Shown here in pieces: positions 45,144 through 55,612 of a stretch of DNA of 64,000 bases. Within the stretch, counting starts at the first letter, position 1. Each line of letters starts with the position of its first letter. A program made the translations under genes and the position numbers. The notes under the pieces were generated by a model that saw only the letters and a program-made list of their open reading frames with translations, was not told the DNA's origin and did no database searches. The stretch lies in NCBI GenBank assembly GCA_964589975.1, contig CAZPVH010000002.1, positions 4,217-68,216 on the forward strand. Direction: 5' to 3'. Origin of the DNA: an uncultured Candidatus Saccharibacteria bacterium. Lineage in GTDB: Bacteria > Patescibacteriota > Minisyncoccia > Phycocordibacterales > CSBR16-119.

Positions 45144-47177
45144 TCAAATGTTCTCCAGAGCCTTGATTTCATCTCTGAGTATCGCCGCAGTTTCGAAATC
45201 GAGCTCTTTCACTGCCGCGTTCATTTGGCGTTCTTTGAGCTTTATCAACTTCCCTATTTGGGTTCGGCGCTTTTTCGGATCGGCGACGTTGAAGATAGCT
45301 TTATCAAGCGCGAGTTCCCTGTTCACAGTCTTTTCATGCTCACTCTCCATACCTTCGGTGATGTCGCGAATAGTCTTCATGATCGTCTTCGGAGTTATGC
45401 CGTGCTTTTTGTTGTACTCGAGCTGTTTCTCTCGGCGACGTTCAGTCTCGCCAATGGCGCGCTCCATCGAGCCAGTGATTTTGTCAGCATAAAGTATGAC
45501 GCGTCCGTTTTCGTTTCTCGCGGCGCGGCCAATGGTCTGGATGAGCGACGTTTCGGAACGAAGAAAGCCTTCTTTGTCAGCGTCGAGGATGCCGATAAGC
45601 GTTACTTCGGGAAGGTCGAGTCCTTCGCGCAAGAGGTTTACGCCTACTAGAATGTCGAACTCACCTTTTCTGAATTTGGTCAGAATCTGAATACGCTCAA
45701 TCGTCTTGATGTCACTGTGCAGATATTCTGATTTGATCTTTCGGTCTTTGAGATACGCCGCCAAATCTTCGGCCATGCGTTTCGTGAGCGTTGTCGCGAG
45801 CACGCGTCCCCCTTTTTCGATTTCGGCTTCGGCGACGTTGATGAAGTCCTGGACCTGGCCGATAGAATCAGTATCCAAGTTTTCAATGATCGGTTTGATT
45901 TCAATTTTCGGATCGACAAGTCCAGTCGGACGGACGATCTGCTCGGCTACATTTTGACTCTCTTTGAGTTCGATGTCAGTCGGTGTTGCCGATGTATAAA
46001 TCACCTGATCGATTCGTTCTTCGAATTCAGGATATTTGAGCGGACGATTGTCTTTTGCCGATGGAAGCCTGAAACCATATTTCACCAGCGTATCTTTTCT
46101 GGAAGCATCACCCGCGTACATAGCGCGCAGCTGCGGGAGTGTCACGTGTGACTCATCAATAATGGTCAAGAATTCCGGCTTACCACTTTTGTCATGAGGA
46201 AAATACGATAGGAGAGTTTCAGGCGGTTCGCCGGCCATTTTACCGGAGAGATGCCTCGAATAATTCTCAATACCAGAACAATAACCAACTTCTCTGATGA
46301 GCGCCAAATCATAATTTGTTCGTCGCTTCAGGCGTTCGGCCTCTAGGATGAGTCCCTCGGCTTCTAAAACTTTAAGCTGTTCCGCCAACTCGTGCTTTAT
46401 AGATTTGATTGCCGCTTCTTTTTTCGTACCATCGGTCAAAAAGTGTTTGGCTGGGAAAATAAAAATACTTTGCGGATGCTCAAGGATTTTCGAACTCACC
46501 GGATCGATGAGAATTATGTCTGCGATGGTGTCGCCATCGAGAACAATTCGATAAAGGAAATTCTCTGAGATCGGCATGACTTCCACCATACTGCCAATGC
46601 TTCGAAACATTCCTGAGTTTAGGTCCGCATTCGTGCGCTCATAGTGAATGGAGACCAGCTTCTGCATGAGCTCGGTTCTGGAAATTTTATCCCCTGGCTT
46701 TAGAAACAGATTACTCGCTTTATACTCTTCCGGACTACCAAGACCATAAATGCACGAAACTGAAGCTACGATGATAACGTCGTTTCGCGTAAGGAGCGAC
46801 TGCGTCGAGGCATGGCGCAAACGGTCAATTTCCTCGTTGATGCTGGCATCCTTCTCTATATATGTATCGGAGTGCGGAATATACGCTTCTGGCTGGTAGT
46901 AGTCGTAGTATGAGACAAAGTAGTGGACAGCATTGTCCGGGAAGAATTCTTTGAACTCCTGCGCGAGCTGCGCAGCCAGGGTTTTGTTGTGGGCAATAAC
47001 GAGCGTCGGCTTCTGTACTTTCTCAATCACGTTCGCCATAGTGAACGTCTTTCCTGATCCGGTAACACCAAGCAAGGTTTGCTTTTGGAAACCTTTCTTC
47101 AGCCCATCTACCAGAGATTTGATGGCTGTCGGCTGATCGCCGGCCGGCTCGTATTCGGATTTTATCTTAAACTTCAT
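45144..47177 (-). CDS. uvrB: excinuclease ABC subunit B
   Basis: 677 aa with helicase motifs ([10 protein letters not shown]), a beta-hairpin region and a C-terminal UvrB/UvrC interaction coiled-coil. Confidence 0.95.
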   Translation of the reverse strand: MKFKIKSEYEPAGDQPTAIKSLVDGLKKGFQKQTLLGVTGSGKTFTMANVIEKVQKPTLVIAHNKTLAAQLAQEFKEFFPDNAVHYFVSYYDYYQPEAYIPHSDTYIEKDASINEEIDRLRHASTQSLLTRNDVIIVASVSCIYGLGSPEEYKASNLFLKPGDKISRTELMQKLVSIHYERTNADLNSGMFRSIGSMVEVMPISENFLYRIVLDGDTIADIILIDPVSSKILEHPQSIFIFPAKHFLTDGTKKEAAIKSIKHELAEQLKVLEAEGLILEAERLKRRTNYDLALIREVGYCSGIENYSRHLSGKMAGEPPETLLSYFPHDKSGKPEFLTIIDESHVTLPQLRAMYAGDASRKDTLVKYGFRLPSAKDNRPLKYPEFEERIDQVIYTSATPTDIELKESQNVAEQIVRPTGLVDPKIEIKPIIENLDTDSIGQVQDFINVAEAEIEKGGRVLATTLTKRMAEDLAAYLKDRKIKSEYLHSDIKTIERIQILTKFRKGEFDILVGVNLLREGLDLPEVTLIGILDADKEGFLRSETSLIQTIGRAARNENGRVILYADKITGSMERAIGETERRREKQLEYNKKHGITPKTIMKTIRDITEGMESEHEKTVNRELALDKAIFNVADPKKRRTQIGKLIKLKERQMNAAVKELDFETAAILRDEIKALENI

Positions 47178-47261
47178 ATAGATACTTTACTTATAAAACA
47201 GCGTATTTACAAGAATTTGCTTTATTCCTTGAGGTGCGTAAACTATGTGAAAACAAGAGTC

Positions 47262-47546
47262 ATGGAACGAGACCAAATACTATCGCTCCTCAACACATAC
47301 GAAGGAGGACTGAAGGTCTTGGGCGCTACGCCCATACGTTTTGACAAGGAGGCAAAAATGAATACCAACAAGAAAGGCCGGCGTAAGGATGTACTGAATC
47401 ACATCTGCTACATGGTAGGTGAGATACGGATATTCATAGAGAACAACAAAATGGAAAAGGCAAATCGCTGGCTAGGTTTCGTCCAGGCGTGCATATGGAA
47501 TCTGGGATACGCCACCCTGGGAGAACTTCGAACCGACAACAGATGA
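47262..47546 (+). CDS. hypothetical protein
   Basis: Start chosen at MERDQIL, giving 94 aa. A GGGCCC-TTCGC-GGGCCC terminator follows at 47550-47573. Confidence 0.35.
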   Translation: MERDQILSLLNTYEGGLKVLGATPIRFDKEAKMNTNKKGRRKDVLNHICYMVGEIRIFIENNKMEKANRWLGFVQACIWNLGYATLGELRTDNR

Positions 47547-47573
47547 AAAGGGCCCTTCGCGGGCCCTTTCTGC

Positions 47574-47894
47574 TTAGTCGTACATCTCAGCGGCTTTGGC
47601 TTTCATCCGCTCGATGAGTTCCGGATCTTCGATCTTCGTGAACCGCGGGAAAGTTTTACCTTCCTTCGTTACGTCTTCCGCGAACATTGAAAACGGCCGG
47701 ATATCCCAAAGCTTTCCAGCTTGATAGACCTTGGCGCTTTCATAAAGCGGCCGATAGACAACGAACGATGCGTCGTCAAAATCTTCTATCTCCGTATGTT
47801 TGCCAATATTCAGAACCTCGTAGGCGTAATTGAATTCGCCGTTCGCCGGATCGTGCTTGTAGTGGTAAAAGAACCCCTTCTCTATTTTTTTCAT
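47574..47894 (-). CDS. DUF1653-like protein
   Basis: 106 aa. The pattern YHYKHDPANGEFNYAYEVL...VVYRPLY resembles the DUF1653 family. Confidence 0.4.
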   Translation of the reverse strand: MKKIEKGFFYHYKHDPANGEFNYAYEVLNIGKHTEIEDFDDASFVVYRPLYESAKVYQAGKLWDIRPFSMFAEDVTKEGKTFPRFTKIEDPELIERMKAKAAEMYD

Positions 47895-48036
47895 ATTGGG
47901 ATTATATTTCCTGGCGAGGACAAGCGCAAGGCAGAACCTTGAATGGCATTCGAGCGAAGGAAATAATGAGTGAGAATAACGAGACCCTTATACCAAATGA
48001 AACTGCCCCGGCGCGATGCGCCGGGGCAGTAGGTTC

Positions 48037-48711
48037 TTAGAGGTCTTTGAAGTCCCAACCCCACCAGACTCCGAAGTAACGCTCTTCTTGGCTCCAAAGA
48101 TCCCAAGCATAAGCTCGGACAAAGAAGCTTTTTCCGATCTCCGCGCCGAGCGCAGGACCGATATCCAGATCATCGAGCTTCCCGGAAATTCGTATCTGTT
48201 CCGCAAGACCTACCCGAAGCCACTTGTTCACTTTGTAAGCTGCGTCAGTGAAGTTGTAAGTGATGTTCGTTGTATTGTGGGTCAACGCGAAACTGTGTTG
48301 GTTGATCGAATAGATCTTCCAGCGCTCCCTGTCGAGCGTAGTGTGCGACGTGAAGCCGATAAGAGTCCGAGCCCTGTAACCATATTCCCACATTGTGTTA
48401 TAGGTGGTTACACCAAATGCCGGAGCGAACGAGAGACCGAGTTTCTTGCCGATATTCCACCGGTGGCCCCAGTAGAAGGAATTTGCTCGAGTTTGTTCGA
48501 AGTTGTAGCGAAATTCGAACAGATCATCGTTTCGATACACCAGACCTCGGAAGGCCACGACAGGATTCTCGAGCTCAGCTCGGTCCCACATCCACATGGA
48601 TGCATTGGCGGACCAATCGCTTGGGTTGCCTACGATCTTCGCCTGGTCATTCTGCTGAGCAGAGACATTGGCGCACAGGAGGACCACTGAAAAGGACAGT
48701 TGTAAGCGCAT
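48037..48711 (-). CDS. secreted W/Y/R/N-rich beta-strand-rich protein, hypothetical
   Basis: 224 aa with a signal peptide (MRLQLSFSVVLLCANVSAQQ) and an alternating aromatic/polar pattern reminiscent of a beta-barrel or beta-sandwich. GC is elevated. Confidence 0.45.
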   Translation of the reverse strand: MRLQLSFSVVLLCANVSAQQNDQAKIVGNPSDWSANASMWMWDRAELENPVVAFRGLVYRNDDLFEFRYNFEQTRANSFYWGHRWNIGKKLGLSFAPAFGVTTYNTMWEYGYRARTLIGFTSHTTLDRERWKIYSINQHSFALTHNTTNITYNFTDAAYKVNKWLRVGLAEQIRISGKLDDLDIGPALGAEIGKSFFVRAYAWDLWSQEERYFGVWWGWDFKDL

Positions 48712-48794
48712 GTTTGTTCTTTTGTTTTAAACTAACATACTTATCTATAATTGTCAACCAAAGAAAAACGCCCCCGATTTACGGGGGCGCTTTT

Positions 48795-50459
48795 TCAATC
48801 CTTGAAAGGAACTGTATCCTCCTCTTTTCTGACATGCTCTTTGGAACTCTCTTGTTCCATATAAGCTTGCCAACTAGAAGGATGTGCTTCGTTGCCTTCG
48901 AGATGTATACAGACCTGACGGTCAGCAGCATCAATGAGAGCAATTTCGGCTTTGCCGAACGTGATGATCTGCAGGCTATCGCCCGACTTGGCCTGGATAT
49001 TCGTCTTCCAGTACAAGTGGCGGTCACCGTTCACATCACGAACTACAGGGGTCATCTCTGTAGGCTCTTGGCGGTGCCAATCATATTCAGGCATGTAATC
49101 CCGAACTTTGCTTGGTATCGCTGTCGGACCCATCAGTTTCTCTGGCGACGTCTTGTGGTCAAAGTAGTAGACGTGTGAGTCGTCGCCTTTGACAAAGAGA
49201 CTGAGCGAAAGAAGGCTCTTGTCTTTGCCGTACGGTTCGAGCGGGATGTAGTGACATAAGCCATCTTGGGCCTTGCCACCTGACACTTCGCTCAGTACGA
49301 AGTACTCCTCGAAAGGAAGTATCGTATACGAGTTCGGCGAGTTAGGGACTCTGACATCTCCTGCGTGGTTACCCCACGAGGGAGCCCAGAAGCCTTTGTA
49401 GAACCGGAACGTTTGTGCCGCGTAGAGCGCCACTTGGTCCGGAACCAGAAGTTGTCCCGTGAGGAAGTCGTGATCTGTAACCTTATCGGCCGTGATCACT
49501 TCTCCTCCGCCAAAAAGAACTTTTTCAAAGTAGGGCGCCTTGCCCTGCTTGAACACAACTACTCCTCCATACTCAGGCATCGGGAACAGAATTCCCGTCC
49601 ACTTGATGAGCGGCACGACTTGGACGAAATCGCCATTGTCGTCCGGTATATAGATAGAGTAGTTTACCGGTTCATACCGGAAGTACTGCCAGAAGCCGAG
49701 CTTCTTGATGGCAGCGGTCTTCACGTTGCTCGACAGGATCAGATTCTCCCCGAAGGAGAACTCGACCTTTGCCACCTCCTTGTTCTTTTCATCGAACTTC
49801 GGAGACAGCGTATTGCCGGGCGTCAGGAAAACCTGTTCGACGTGACCGAACAAGTATTGCCAGATCTTGGTGCTCGACGGCTCTACGGCCATCGTAAACC
49901 AGTACTCGGCGTCTTGTCCCAAGCCGTACCGCCTGCGGGCCGCTTCGTTGAAGCGGACCATGTGCGGCAGACTCACGTCTTTGGTATCATCCACGCTCTC
50001 CTTGTCGGCGATGCTGTGGATGCTGTACACCGCTTGTACTTTCTCGTGCGCTGTAAGCGGCATATCCGTGAGCTCAACTGAGCGAATGCGCAGATGATTC
50101 CGGTAAAGCGAGACGTACTCGTAAGACATCGCGCCGGCCGTGTAAACGACAACAGCTGCGAACGTCCATATGATCCCTGTCCATGTCTTCTTCCACCATG
50201 CGCCTTCCCGTTTCTTCACCCGCTTCACGACGAAGTAGATGGTTGAGACGAGGAGGATTGCAAGGGGAGTTTTGAGGACAATGAACAGTACGAGCGGATG
50301 GTACAGACCTCGGAGGGTGAAGAGCGCGAAGAGGAGGAGGAAGGCAAGCAAGACCCAGATGGTCTTGCCCACCACTCCGTAATTTCGCCACTTGAACCAC
50401 CCCTGGATATTCCTTCCCCATCGTGTGAGGAAGAAACCTTTCCTTGCTGTGCTTTCCAA
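48795..50459 (-). CDS. large membrane protein, hypothetical
   Basis: 554 aa with ~4 N-terminal TM helices and a large soluble domain. GC-rich block. Confidence 0.5.
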   Translation of the reverse strand: MESTARKGFFLTRWGRNIQGWFKWRNYGVVGKTIWVLLAFLLLFALFTLRGLYHPLVLFIVLKTPLAILLVSTIYFVVKRVKKREGAWWKKTWTGIIWTFAAVVVYTAGAMSYEYVSLYRNHLRIRSVELTDMPLTAHEKVQAVYSIHSIADKESVDDTKDVSLPHMVRFNEAARRRYGLGQDAEYWFTMAVEPSSTKIWQYLFGHVEQVFLTPGNTLSPKFDEKNKEVAKVEFSFGENLILSSNVKTAAIKKLGFWQYFRYEPVNYSIYIPDDNGDFVQVVPLIKWTGILFPMPEYGGVVVFKQGKAPYFEKVLFGGGEVITADKVTDHDFLTGQLLVPDQVALYAAQTFRFYKGFWAPSWGNHAGDVRVPNSPNSYTILPFEEYFVLSEVSGGKAQDGLCHYIPLEPYGKDKSLLSLSLFVKGDDSHVYYFDHKTSPEKLMGPTAIPSKVRDYMPEYDWHRQEPTEMTPVVRDVNGDRHLYWKTNIQAKSGDSLQIITFGKAEIALIDAADRQVCIHLEGNEAHPSSWQAYMEQESSKEHVRKEEDTVPFKD

Positions 50460-50479
50460 TGTGCTGCTTTGGTTTTTTG

Positions 50480-51061
50480 TTACCGTTGGGTGTACTTACT
50501 GATGTCGTCGCGAGGATCGGTGTCCGGCTTCACGGGGCCGCTTGGCGGCGGCGTGATGATCGGCTCCTTCTTTTCCTCGCGAGCTCCATTTCCGCGGACA
50601 CCTCCACCAACATTGTCGGTTTCAGCGAAGTGCCTTTCTGCTTCTTCTTTCAGCTTGGTTCCCACTTCCTCCGCCTTCTTCTGAACCTTGGGCCAGATAT
50701 AGTGCGTATAGGTAGCAAGTACCACGATACCGACATTGAACATGAACGGCCAGAACCCTTCAAAGGGACTGACATATTCGGGGTTCTTTGGATCGGACGA
50801 AACCGTGAGCAGTTCCCACACCAGCGTAAAGATGATGGTGGCACCCAAAGACACGATGAACCTGATGAGCAAGTTCTGGCGGAATACGATTCCGCGCGGC
50901 CCTTTTTCATCCTCTTTCTTCCAGCCGAGACGGCCGAAGATGCTCATTACCGAAAGTGTCAGGCCATTCGGCGCAACGCGTCGGCGCGAGTCAAGGAAGG
51001 CCAGGAACATGCAGCCCAGGAAAAGGGCTGCGATCTTGAAGAGAAAACCGATGAACTCCAT
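50480..51061 (-). CDS. membrane protein, hypothetical
   Basis: Start chosen at MEFIGFLF, giving 193 aa. It has 3-4 TM helices and a charged Pro-rich C-terminus. Confidence 0.4.
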   Translation of the reverse strand: MEFIGFLFKIAALFLGCMFLAFLDSRRRVAPNGLTLSVMSIFGRLGWKKEDEKGPRGIVFRQNLLIRFIVSLGATIIFTLVWELLTVSSDPKNPEYVSPFEGFWPFMFNVGIVVLATYTHYIWPKVQKKAEEVGTKLKEEAERHFAETDNVGGGVRGNGAREEKKEPIITPPPSGPVKPDTDPRDDISKYTQR

Positions 51062-51084
51062 GTGTTGTGGTTTTTGGTTTTGGT

Positions 51085-52386
51085 TTACTGCGAACTTGCA
51101 TCTTTCCTGTCGATGTATGTCGGCAGGTAATGTTTTTTGAGGTGTGCAACAGCCCACTCCTGCTTGATCTTCGCCCACTTCTGATAGTGAGCGAAGAATT
51201 CAGAACGATCATGAGCGTACATGCGCAGGATGTCGAATGACGTCCGGCGCATCATCATCTGCCACAGGAGCTTCCGCAAGTTTTGCGGAAATTCCGGATT
51301 GGGGCGGATCAGCAGTTCCCTTTCCTTCTTGAGGATTCGGGTTGTGCTGGTATCTTCAAGGCGTTTGATCTTCCGAAGAAGCCTATCTGCCGTGAAGTAT
51401 GTCTTCTTTAGAAGCCCCAGGTCGGAAAGGCGTTTTACCACCATCTTCCTTTTTGGACCTTCGAAGTAAGACAGGTCTGCGGTTTCATCAGCGCTATCGA
51501 CGATGGCTTCGAGGAGCAGCAGATCCTTGATCCGCTGCAACCTGGAAACTCCTTCTTCGGTCGCTAACTCATCCATGTAGATATCGTAGACACCGTGCTC
51601 TTCCAGATAGCTCCACAGATGTGGATCACTGATCGCATAGGAGCGATATCCGCTCGGCGTCACCTTTTGCTCGTTGTGCGCAGTCTCGCTCGCATGGACG
51701 ATTAGAGGGTCCATGTCACTGACATTCCTGAGGACAAAAACGCCTCCGAATGCCTGCGTAAAGAAAGACTGCACTTCAAGAAAGGGAATGGCTGGTACAT
51801 CGAACTGCCGGAATCTGAGATCACCGTGCTCTTTCGAGGTCCGGATAATCTCGCTCCGCAGCGCTGTGTCAGACCACGCCCTGTCTTCTTCGTAATACTG
51901 CCTGATCAGCGCTGCCTGCTCCCGCTTCGCTTCTGGGAGATTAACGGTGCTTCTGATCCGCAGCTCGTACGCGTCGATCATCATGAGGTCTTCTGGACTC
52001 TCATAATGTTCGATATTCTCGTCCATCTCAACCCATATTCCTCCCTCTGTTAGAAGATCGGAGATCTGGGCTTCGGCGTCCGTGAATATCTTTTCCATCA
52101 TGCGCCGGTCAAATGAGTGCACCGGAAAATAGACCGGCAAACCCTTTTGATCCAAGCTCACGAGTATCGCGTACGTATTGGCAAGCCCGTGCGAAAGATA
52201 GAAGTTATCCTTCTTCTCATCCGCAATTTCGGGACTCCATCCCATCGCATCGATTGAGAATCGCTCAAGCGATGTTGGCGCAAGACCGATGGCTTTCAGA
52301 CAGTCGTTGTAACGACCGACAAGAAGACCACCGCGTATCGGCAAAAGTCCTTTGCCGAACAATCCTGCTTCCTGTAGTCTATTCAT
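51085..52386 (-). CDS. hypothetical protein
   Basis: Start chosen at MNRLQEAG, giving 433 aa of soluble helical protein. Abuts the AAA ATPase gene. Confidence 0.45.
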   Translation of the reverse strand: MNRLQEAGLFGKGLLPIRGGLLVGRYNDCLKAIGLAPTSLERFSIDAMGWSPEIADEKKDNFYLSHGLANTYAILVSLDQKGLPVYFPVHSFDRRMMEKIFTDAEAQISDLLTEGGIWVEMDENIEHYESPEDLMMIDAYELRIRSTVNLPEAKREQAALIRQYYEEDRAWSDTALRSEIIRTSKEHGDLRFRQFDVPAIPFLEVQSFFTQAFGGVFVLRNVSDMDPLIVHASETAHNEQKVTPSGYRSYAISDPHLWSYLEEHGVYDIYMDELATEEGVSRLQRIKDLLLLEAIVDSADETADLSYFEGPKRKMVVKRLSDLGLLKKTYFTADRLLRKIKRLEDTSTTRILKKERELLIRPNPEFPQNLRKLLWQMMMRRTSFDILRMYAHDRSEFFAHYQKWAKIKQEWAVAHLKKHYLPTYIDRKDASSQ

Positions 52387-52446
52387 GTGTGTTGTGCGTT
52401 TTTTGCCCGGGCAGCCGAATTGCCGCCCGGGACCAAGTGAAAGCAA

Positions 52447-54438
52447 TTAGCCCTTCATGACCGCCTCACGCCTTTCCGAAAGCTGCTTGTCGGCTTCTTG
52501 TCGGATAAGGTGTTCTTCGATCACTTGGTCGACGCGCCGCTGGCGCGCCGTGTTCTTGATCTGGATCAGGGTGTTGAGATGCCGAAGCATCTCTTCTGTA
52601 AGCACCTGCGCAAAATTGCTCTTGCCCAAGGCTCCTTTCCTGACTTCCAGAATCATCTCCACCTTCTTGTCATAGCTGCCACAGAGGAAGAACTCTTCGG
52701 GCTTCTCGAACCACTCCTTCGGCATATCGTAGTCGTTCAGACGGAAATCAACCGCCTTTTGCACGTTTCGCTTCTCGCGCGACGTTACGAATGGATATGC
52801 TTTTTGAGCGTGGTAGAAGAGCTCTGCATGGAAGGCGAAGTCTTTCTCCGGATTGAGATTCCTCCCGACAATCGCATCGTACATATCCCGGAGACCGGTA
52901 TCTGTGATGTCTTTGTAGGAGAATTTCTCTTGGCTGAAGCTCACGAAGCTGTCTTGCGTCGACATGAACTTGTAGCCTTCTGGAGCATCGAGATTGATGA
53001 TGCCTCCTGTCTCTCGGTTGCCGTAGTTCGACCACCAGAGATAGTTCTGATCGAGCCAGTCTTCCTTCGTCGTTGCTCCTGCGATCAGTTCTCGGCTTTG
53101 GATGCGCGAGAGAATCGCCGGATCAACTTGCTCCAGAAGATTGGTCATCAGATATATTAGCGAGTTGCCTCGCCTCATCGCGCTCGCGCCCTCGGTCGCT
53201 CTCAAGAACTCTCCAATGAATTCCCTCACTCCGGAGGAAACTCCTTGCATCGTCCTGTCCTGCATGACGTTTTCAGCGTCATCGATGGGCGCGTATGTAA
53301 TCACGTTCGGATTGTTCACTGCTTTGAACCACTCGATCGCCCGTTCAGCCGATCCGCCCTGGAACGTCGAAATGATATTCCCAGGCAGCGGAGAGAACTG
53401 GAACGGGATCTTGATGATCTCGCAGTATTCCTTGATCAATCCGGCTTTTGCAGCGACGAGCATCGATTTGCCAGTTCCCGGAGGGCCGTAGCCCGCCGAA
53501 ATGTCCGGAAAACCGCCAAGCCTTTTGTCCATGAACGGATTCAGCTTGCGGTCGAAATCGTATGCGACCAGCCGTTGCGCCAGCCTCTTACACTGGAGTT
53601 TGACCCTGTGGTTACCGACGATCTCGCCGAATGATACCGGTTTGATCTCAAGCGTTTGGATGGCTCGATACAAATTCGTCTCGAAGCCATCGATCACAAA
53701 GTCTTCATGCTCCAGCTTGTGCATGTACTTGCCGAAGGATTCCAATTGCTGGTCTCCTTCTGACCTGAACTTCAGGTCGTCCATAAGGGCTTGGAAGTAA
53801 AGCAAGGTGAACTTCTGAAGCGTCTGCTCGTCGCTTACGGTGCCTGACTTTTCAAGGTACAAGGCGTAGTAATAAAGCGAGCAGCGTATAGCTTCATCGA
53901 GGCTCATCAAGCCGACTTCCGGCACTCCCGAGTACTGCATATTGATCTTGGCCAAGTCCTCTTCGCCGCCTTGTGCTATCTCCCATGCGATGTAATACGC
54001 TGATGAGAATAGGAACACGATGGCTTGCGACGATTTCTTGGCATGCATTTCTGCCTTCTGCTGCGGAGAGATGTTCCCCGTCGCATTGCGGCCGATCAGC
54101 GTGTCGAGACCGGACGTCTTGGCGAATTGCTCCGCCATGTGATATCCGATCTGGTAACCGCGCTTCAAGATATTCGCTATCCTGTTATGAGGCTGACCGA
54201 GGATCACGGGATTGCCCGAGAGTTCGACAAGCTTCCTAACCACGGATCTCGTATCATTGTTCGCTCCAGCAATTGCCGGATTGGCCATGATCGAGGCGAA
54301 ATCACCGTACGCGTCCTTATCCTTCGCGGACATCTCTTTCGGCTTCCATGTCACGTTCTTCAGGAACCCTATGACAAGGGTTTCATGCTTCTTGATGTCG
54401 GACTCCTTGATCGGGAGTACGTTCTTGGCTTTTTGCAT
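52447..54438 (-). CDS. divergent AAA-family ATPase with a ~300-aa N-terminal domain
   Basis: Walker A GYGPPGTGKSML. The Walker B and SRH regions are degenerate (ITYAPIDDAE, DPAILSRIQSRELI). Its 5' end overlaps the upstream ORF by 56 nt, so the true start may be internal. Confidence 0.6.
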   Translation of the reverse strand: MQKAKNVLPIKESDIKKHETLVIGFLKNVTWKPKEMSAKDKDAYGDFASIMANPAIAGANNDTRSVVRKLVELSGNPVILGQPHNRIANILKRGYQIGYHMAEQFAKTSGLDTLIGRNATGNISPQQKAEMHAKKSSQAIVFLFSSAYYIAWEIAQGGEEDLAKINMQYSGVPEVGLMSLDEAIRCSLYYYALYLEKSGTVSDEQTLQKFTLLYFQALMDDLKFRSEGDQQLESFGKYMHKLEHEDFVIDGFETNLYRAIQTLEIKPVSFGEIVGNHRVKLQCKRLAQRLVAYDFDRKLNPFMDKRLGGFPDISAGYGPPGTGKSMLVAAKAGLIKEYCEIIKIPFQFSPLPGNIISTFQGGSAERAIEWFKAVNNPNVITYAPIDDAENVMQDRTMQGVSSGVREFIGEFLRATEGASAMRRGNSLIYLMTNLLEQVDPAILSRIQSRELIAGATTKEDWLDQNYLWWSNYGNRETGGIINLDAPEGYKFMSTQDSFVSFSQEKFSYKDITDTGLRDMYDAIVGRNLNPEKDFAFHAELFYHAQKAYPFVTSREKRNVQKAVDFRLNDYDMPKEWFEKPEEFFLCGSYDKKVEMILEVRKGALGKSNFAQVLTEEMLRHLNTLIQIKNTARQRRVDQVIEEHLIRQEADKQLSERREAVMKG

Positions 54439-55555
54439 TGGTTCCGATGCTTATGGGTTTTACTGAGTGAATCGGGAATGACAGCCGGCGCGCAAAATCC
54501 TTGTGCTCGGCTGTAACTTTCTGAGCGAGGTGATGACTGCAGATCAGAAAATTCTTCACTGCGCTCACTCCCCGCTCGCTGCATTCGAAATCCGATGTCT
54601 CAACGTGGAATTGTTGCACGATCTTATCGGTCTTCAGGAAGCTTCCTGTTAGGTCAGCTTCTCCTGCCGAGACCAGCATCTCCACGGTAAGCGGCACACC
54701 GAACTCTCCTTTATCCATTGCTGGATCGCGGATGAGGTTGGTGAGCACATGGTCGTCATTCGAATATTCACCGAGGATCGGTCCGATCTCGATGCGCTTC
54801 AACAGCTTGGGACTAACGGCTTTGATCTTGCGGTCGATCCCTCGACCGATCAAAACCAGCTCCCGAGCCAAGAACGACTCATCTTTTACCGCCTGTTCGA
54901 ACAGTCGCCGCGCGGCCTCGTCTTCACGAAGGTCGGGAGCTGACTTCTGTTGGTCGAACATCATCAGATAGATAAATGGGCGGCTGTCTTCGGAATCGAA
55001 GATCGCCCAGTGGTAAAGGAATTGCCGGATATCGGCGTTCTCGCCGATTAAGGCAAGGTCGCCACGGTTGTAGCTTCTGAAGAAAGGCTGTTCCGAGAGT
55101 GCCTTGAAATAAAGGCGCTCTCCCATCACCTGCAAAAGATCTTTTGGATCCTCGTGCTTGGTCATGAGGCGGTTCAAGATCTCACCCTTGAGATCCTGCT
55201 CGCTCGGAAAGCTCTTCAGTCGCTCTTTTGCCTGCATCAGGTCTGCGTCCAGCTTCGTGAATTCGAGGCTATTCGGATAACCCGAGAAGGTCGTATCAAT
55301 ACGCATCGCCGAATCGGCGTCGTAGAGATACTTGTAACGCAGAATGACAATGGTGTTCAGAAAGAGCCTGAGATAATGCTCGATGAGCTTCACCTCATTC
55401 GCCTCCCCGCCATGCGTAGTGCTTTGGTAGAAAGACATGACTCTCTTGAAGACAGAGTTCAAGTACTGGAAGTAGTGGGCGTTCTGATCGGACTTAAGAT
55501 CCACCATATTGAGATGATCATTTTCCGTGTCAGTAAGAAGCTTGAGTTTTCTCAT
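54383..55555 (-). CDS. hypothetical protein
   Basis: 390-aa ORF in the GC-rich block, in the same operon-like array. Confidence 0.45.
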   Translation of the reverse strand: MRKLKLLTDTENDHLNMVDLKSDQNAHYFQYLNSVFKRVMSFYQSTTHGGEANEVKLIEHYLRLFLNTIVILRYKYLYDADSAMRIDTTFSGYPNSLEFTKLDADLMQAKERLKSFPSEQDLKGEILNRLMTKHEDPKDLLQVMGERLYFKALSEQPFFRSYNRGDLALIGENADIRQFLYHWAIFDSEDSRPFIYLMMFDQQKSAPDLREDEAARRLFEQAVKDESFLARELVLIGRGIDRKIKAVSPKLLKRIEIGPILGEYSNDDHVLTNLIRDPAMDKGEFGVPLTVEMLVSAGEADLTGSFLKTDKIVQQFHVETSDFECSERGVSAVKNFLICSHHLAQKVTAEHKDFARRLSFPIHSVKPISIGTNAKSQERTPDQGVRHQEA

Positions 55556-55612
55556 TGTTGAGGTTTACTGTTTGTGAAAACCCCCCGGCACATGTCCGGG
55601 GGGTCTCGCTTG

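Noticed and set aside
44733-45650. 305-aa plus-strand ORF and the 44896-45492 ORF
   Set aside because: Both are antisense to uvrB and the uvrA end, with low-complexity Ser/Leu-rich composition. Shadow ORFs.
48037-48711. Outer-membrane porin call for the secreted W/Y-rich protein
   Set aside because: The beta-strand-like alternation is suggestive, but the C-terminus (…DFKDL) lacks the canonical terminal aromatic residue, and the host looks like a monoderm reduced bacterium. Left as a secreted hypothetical protein.
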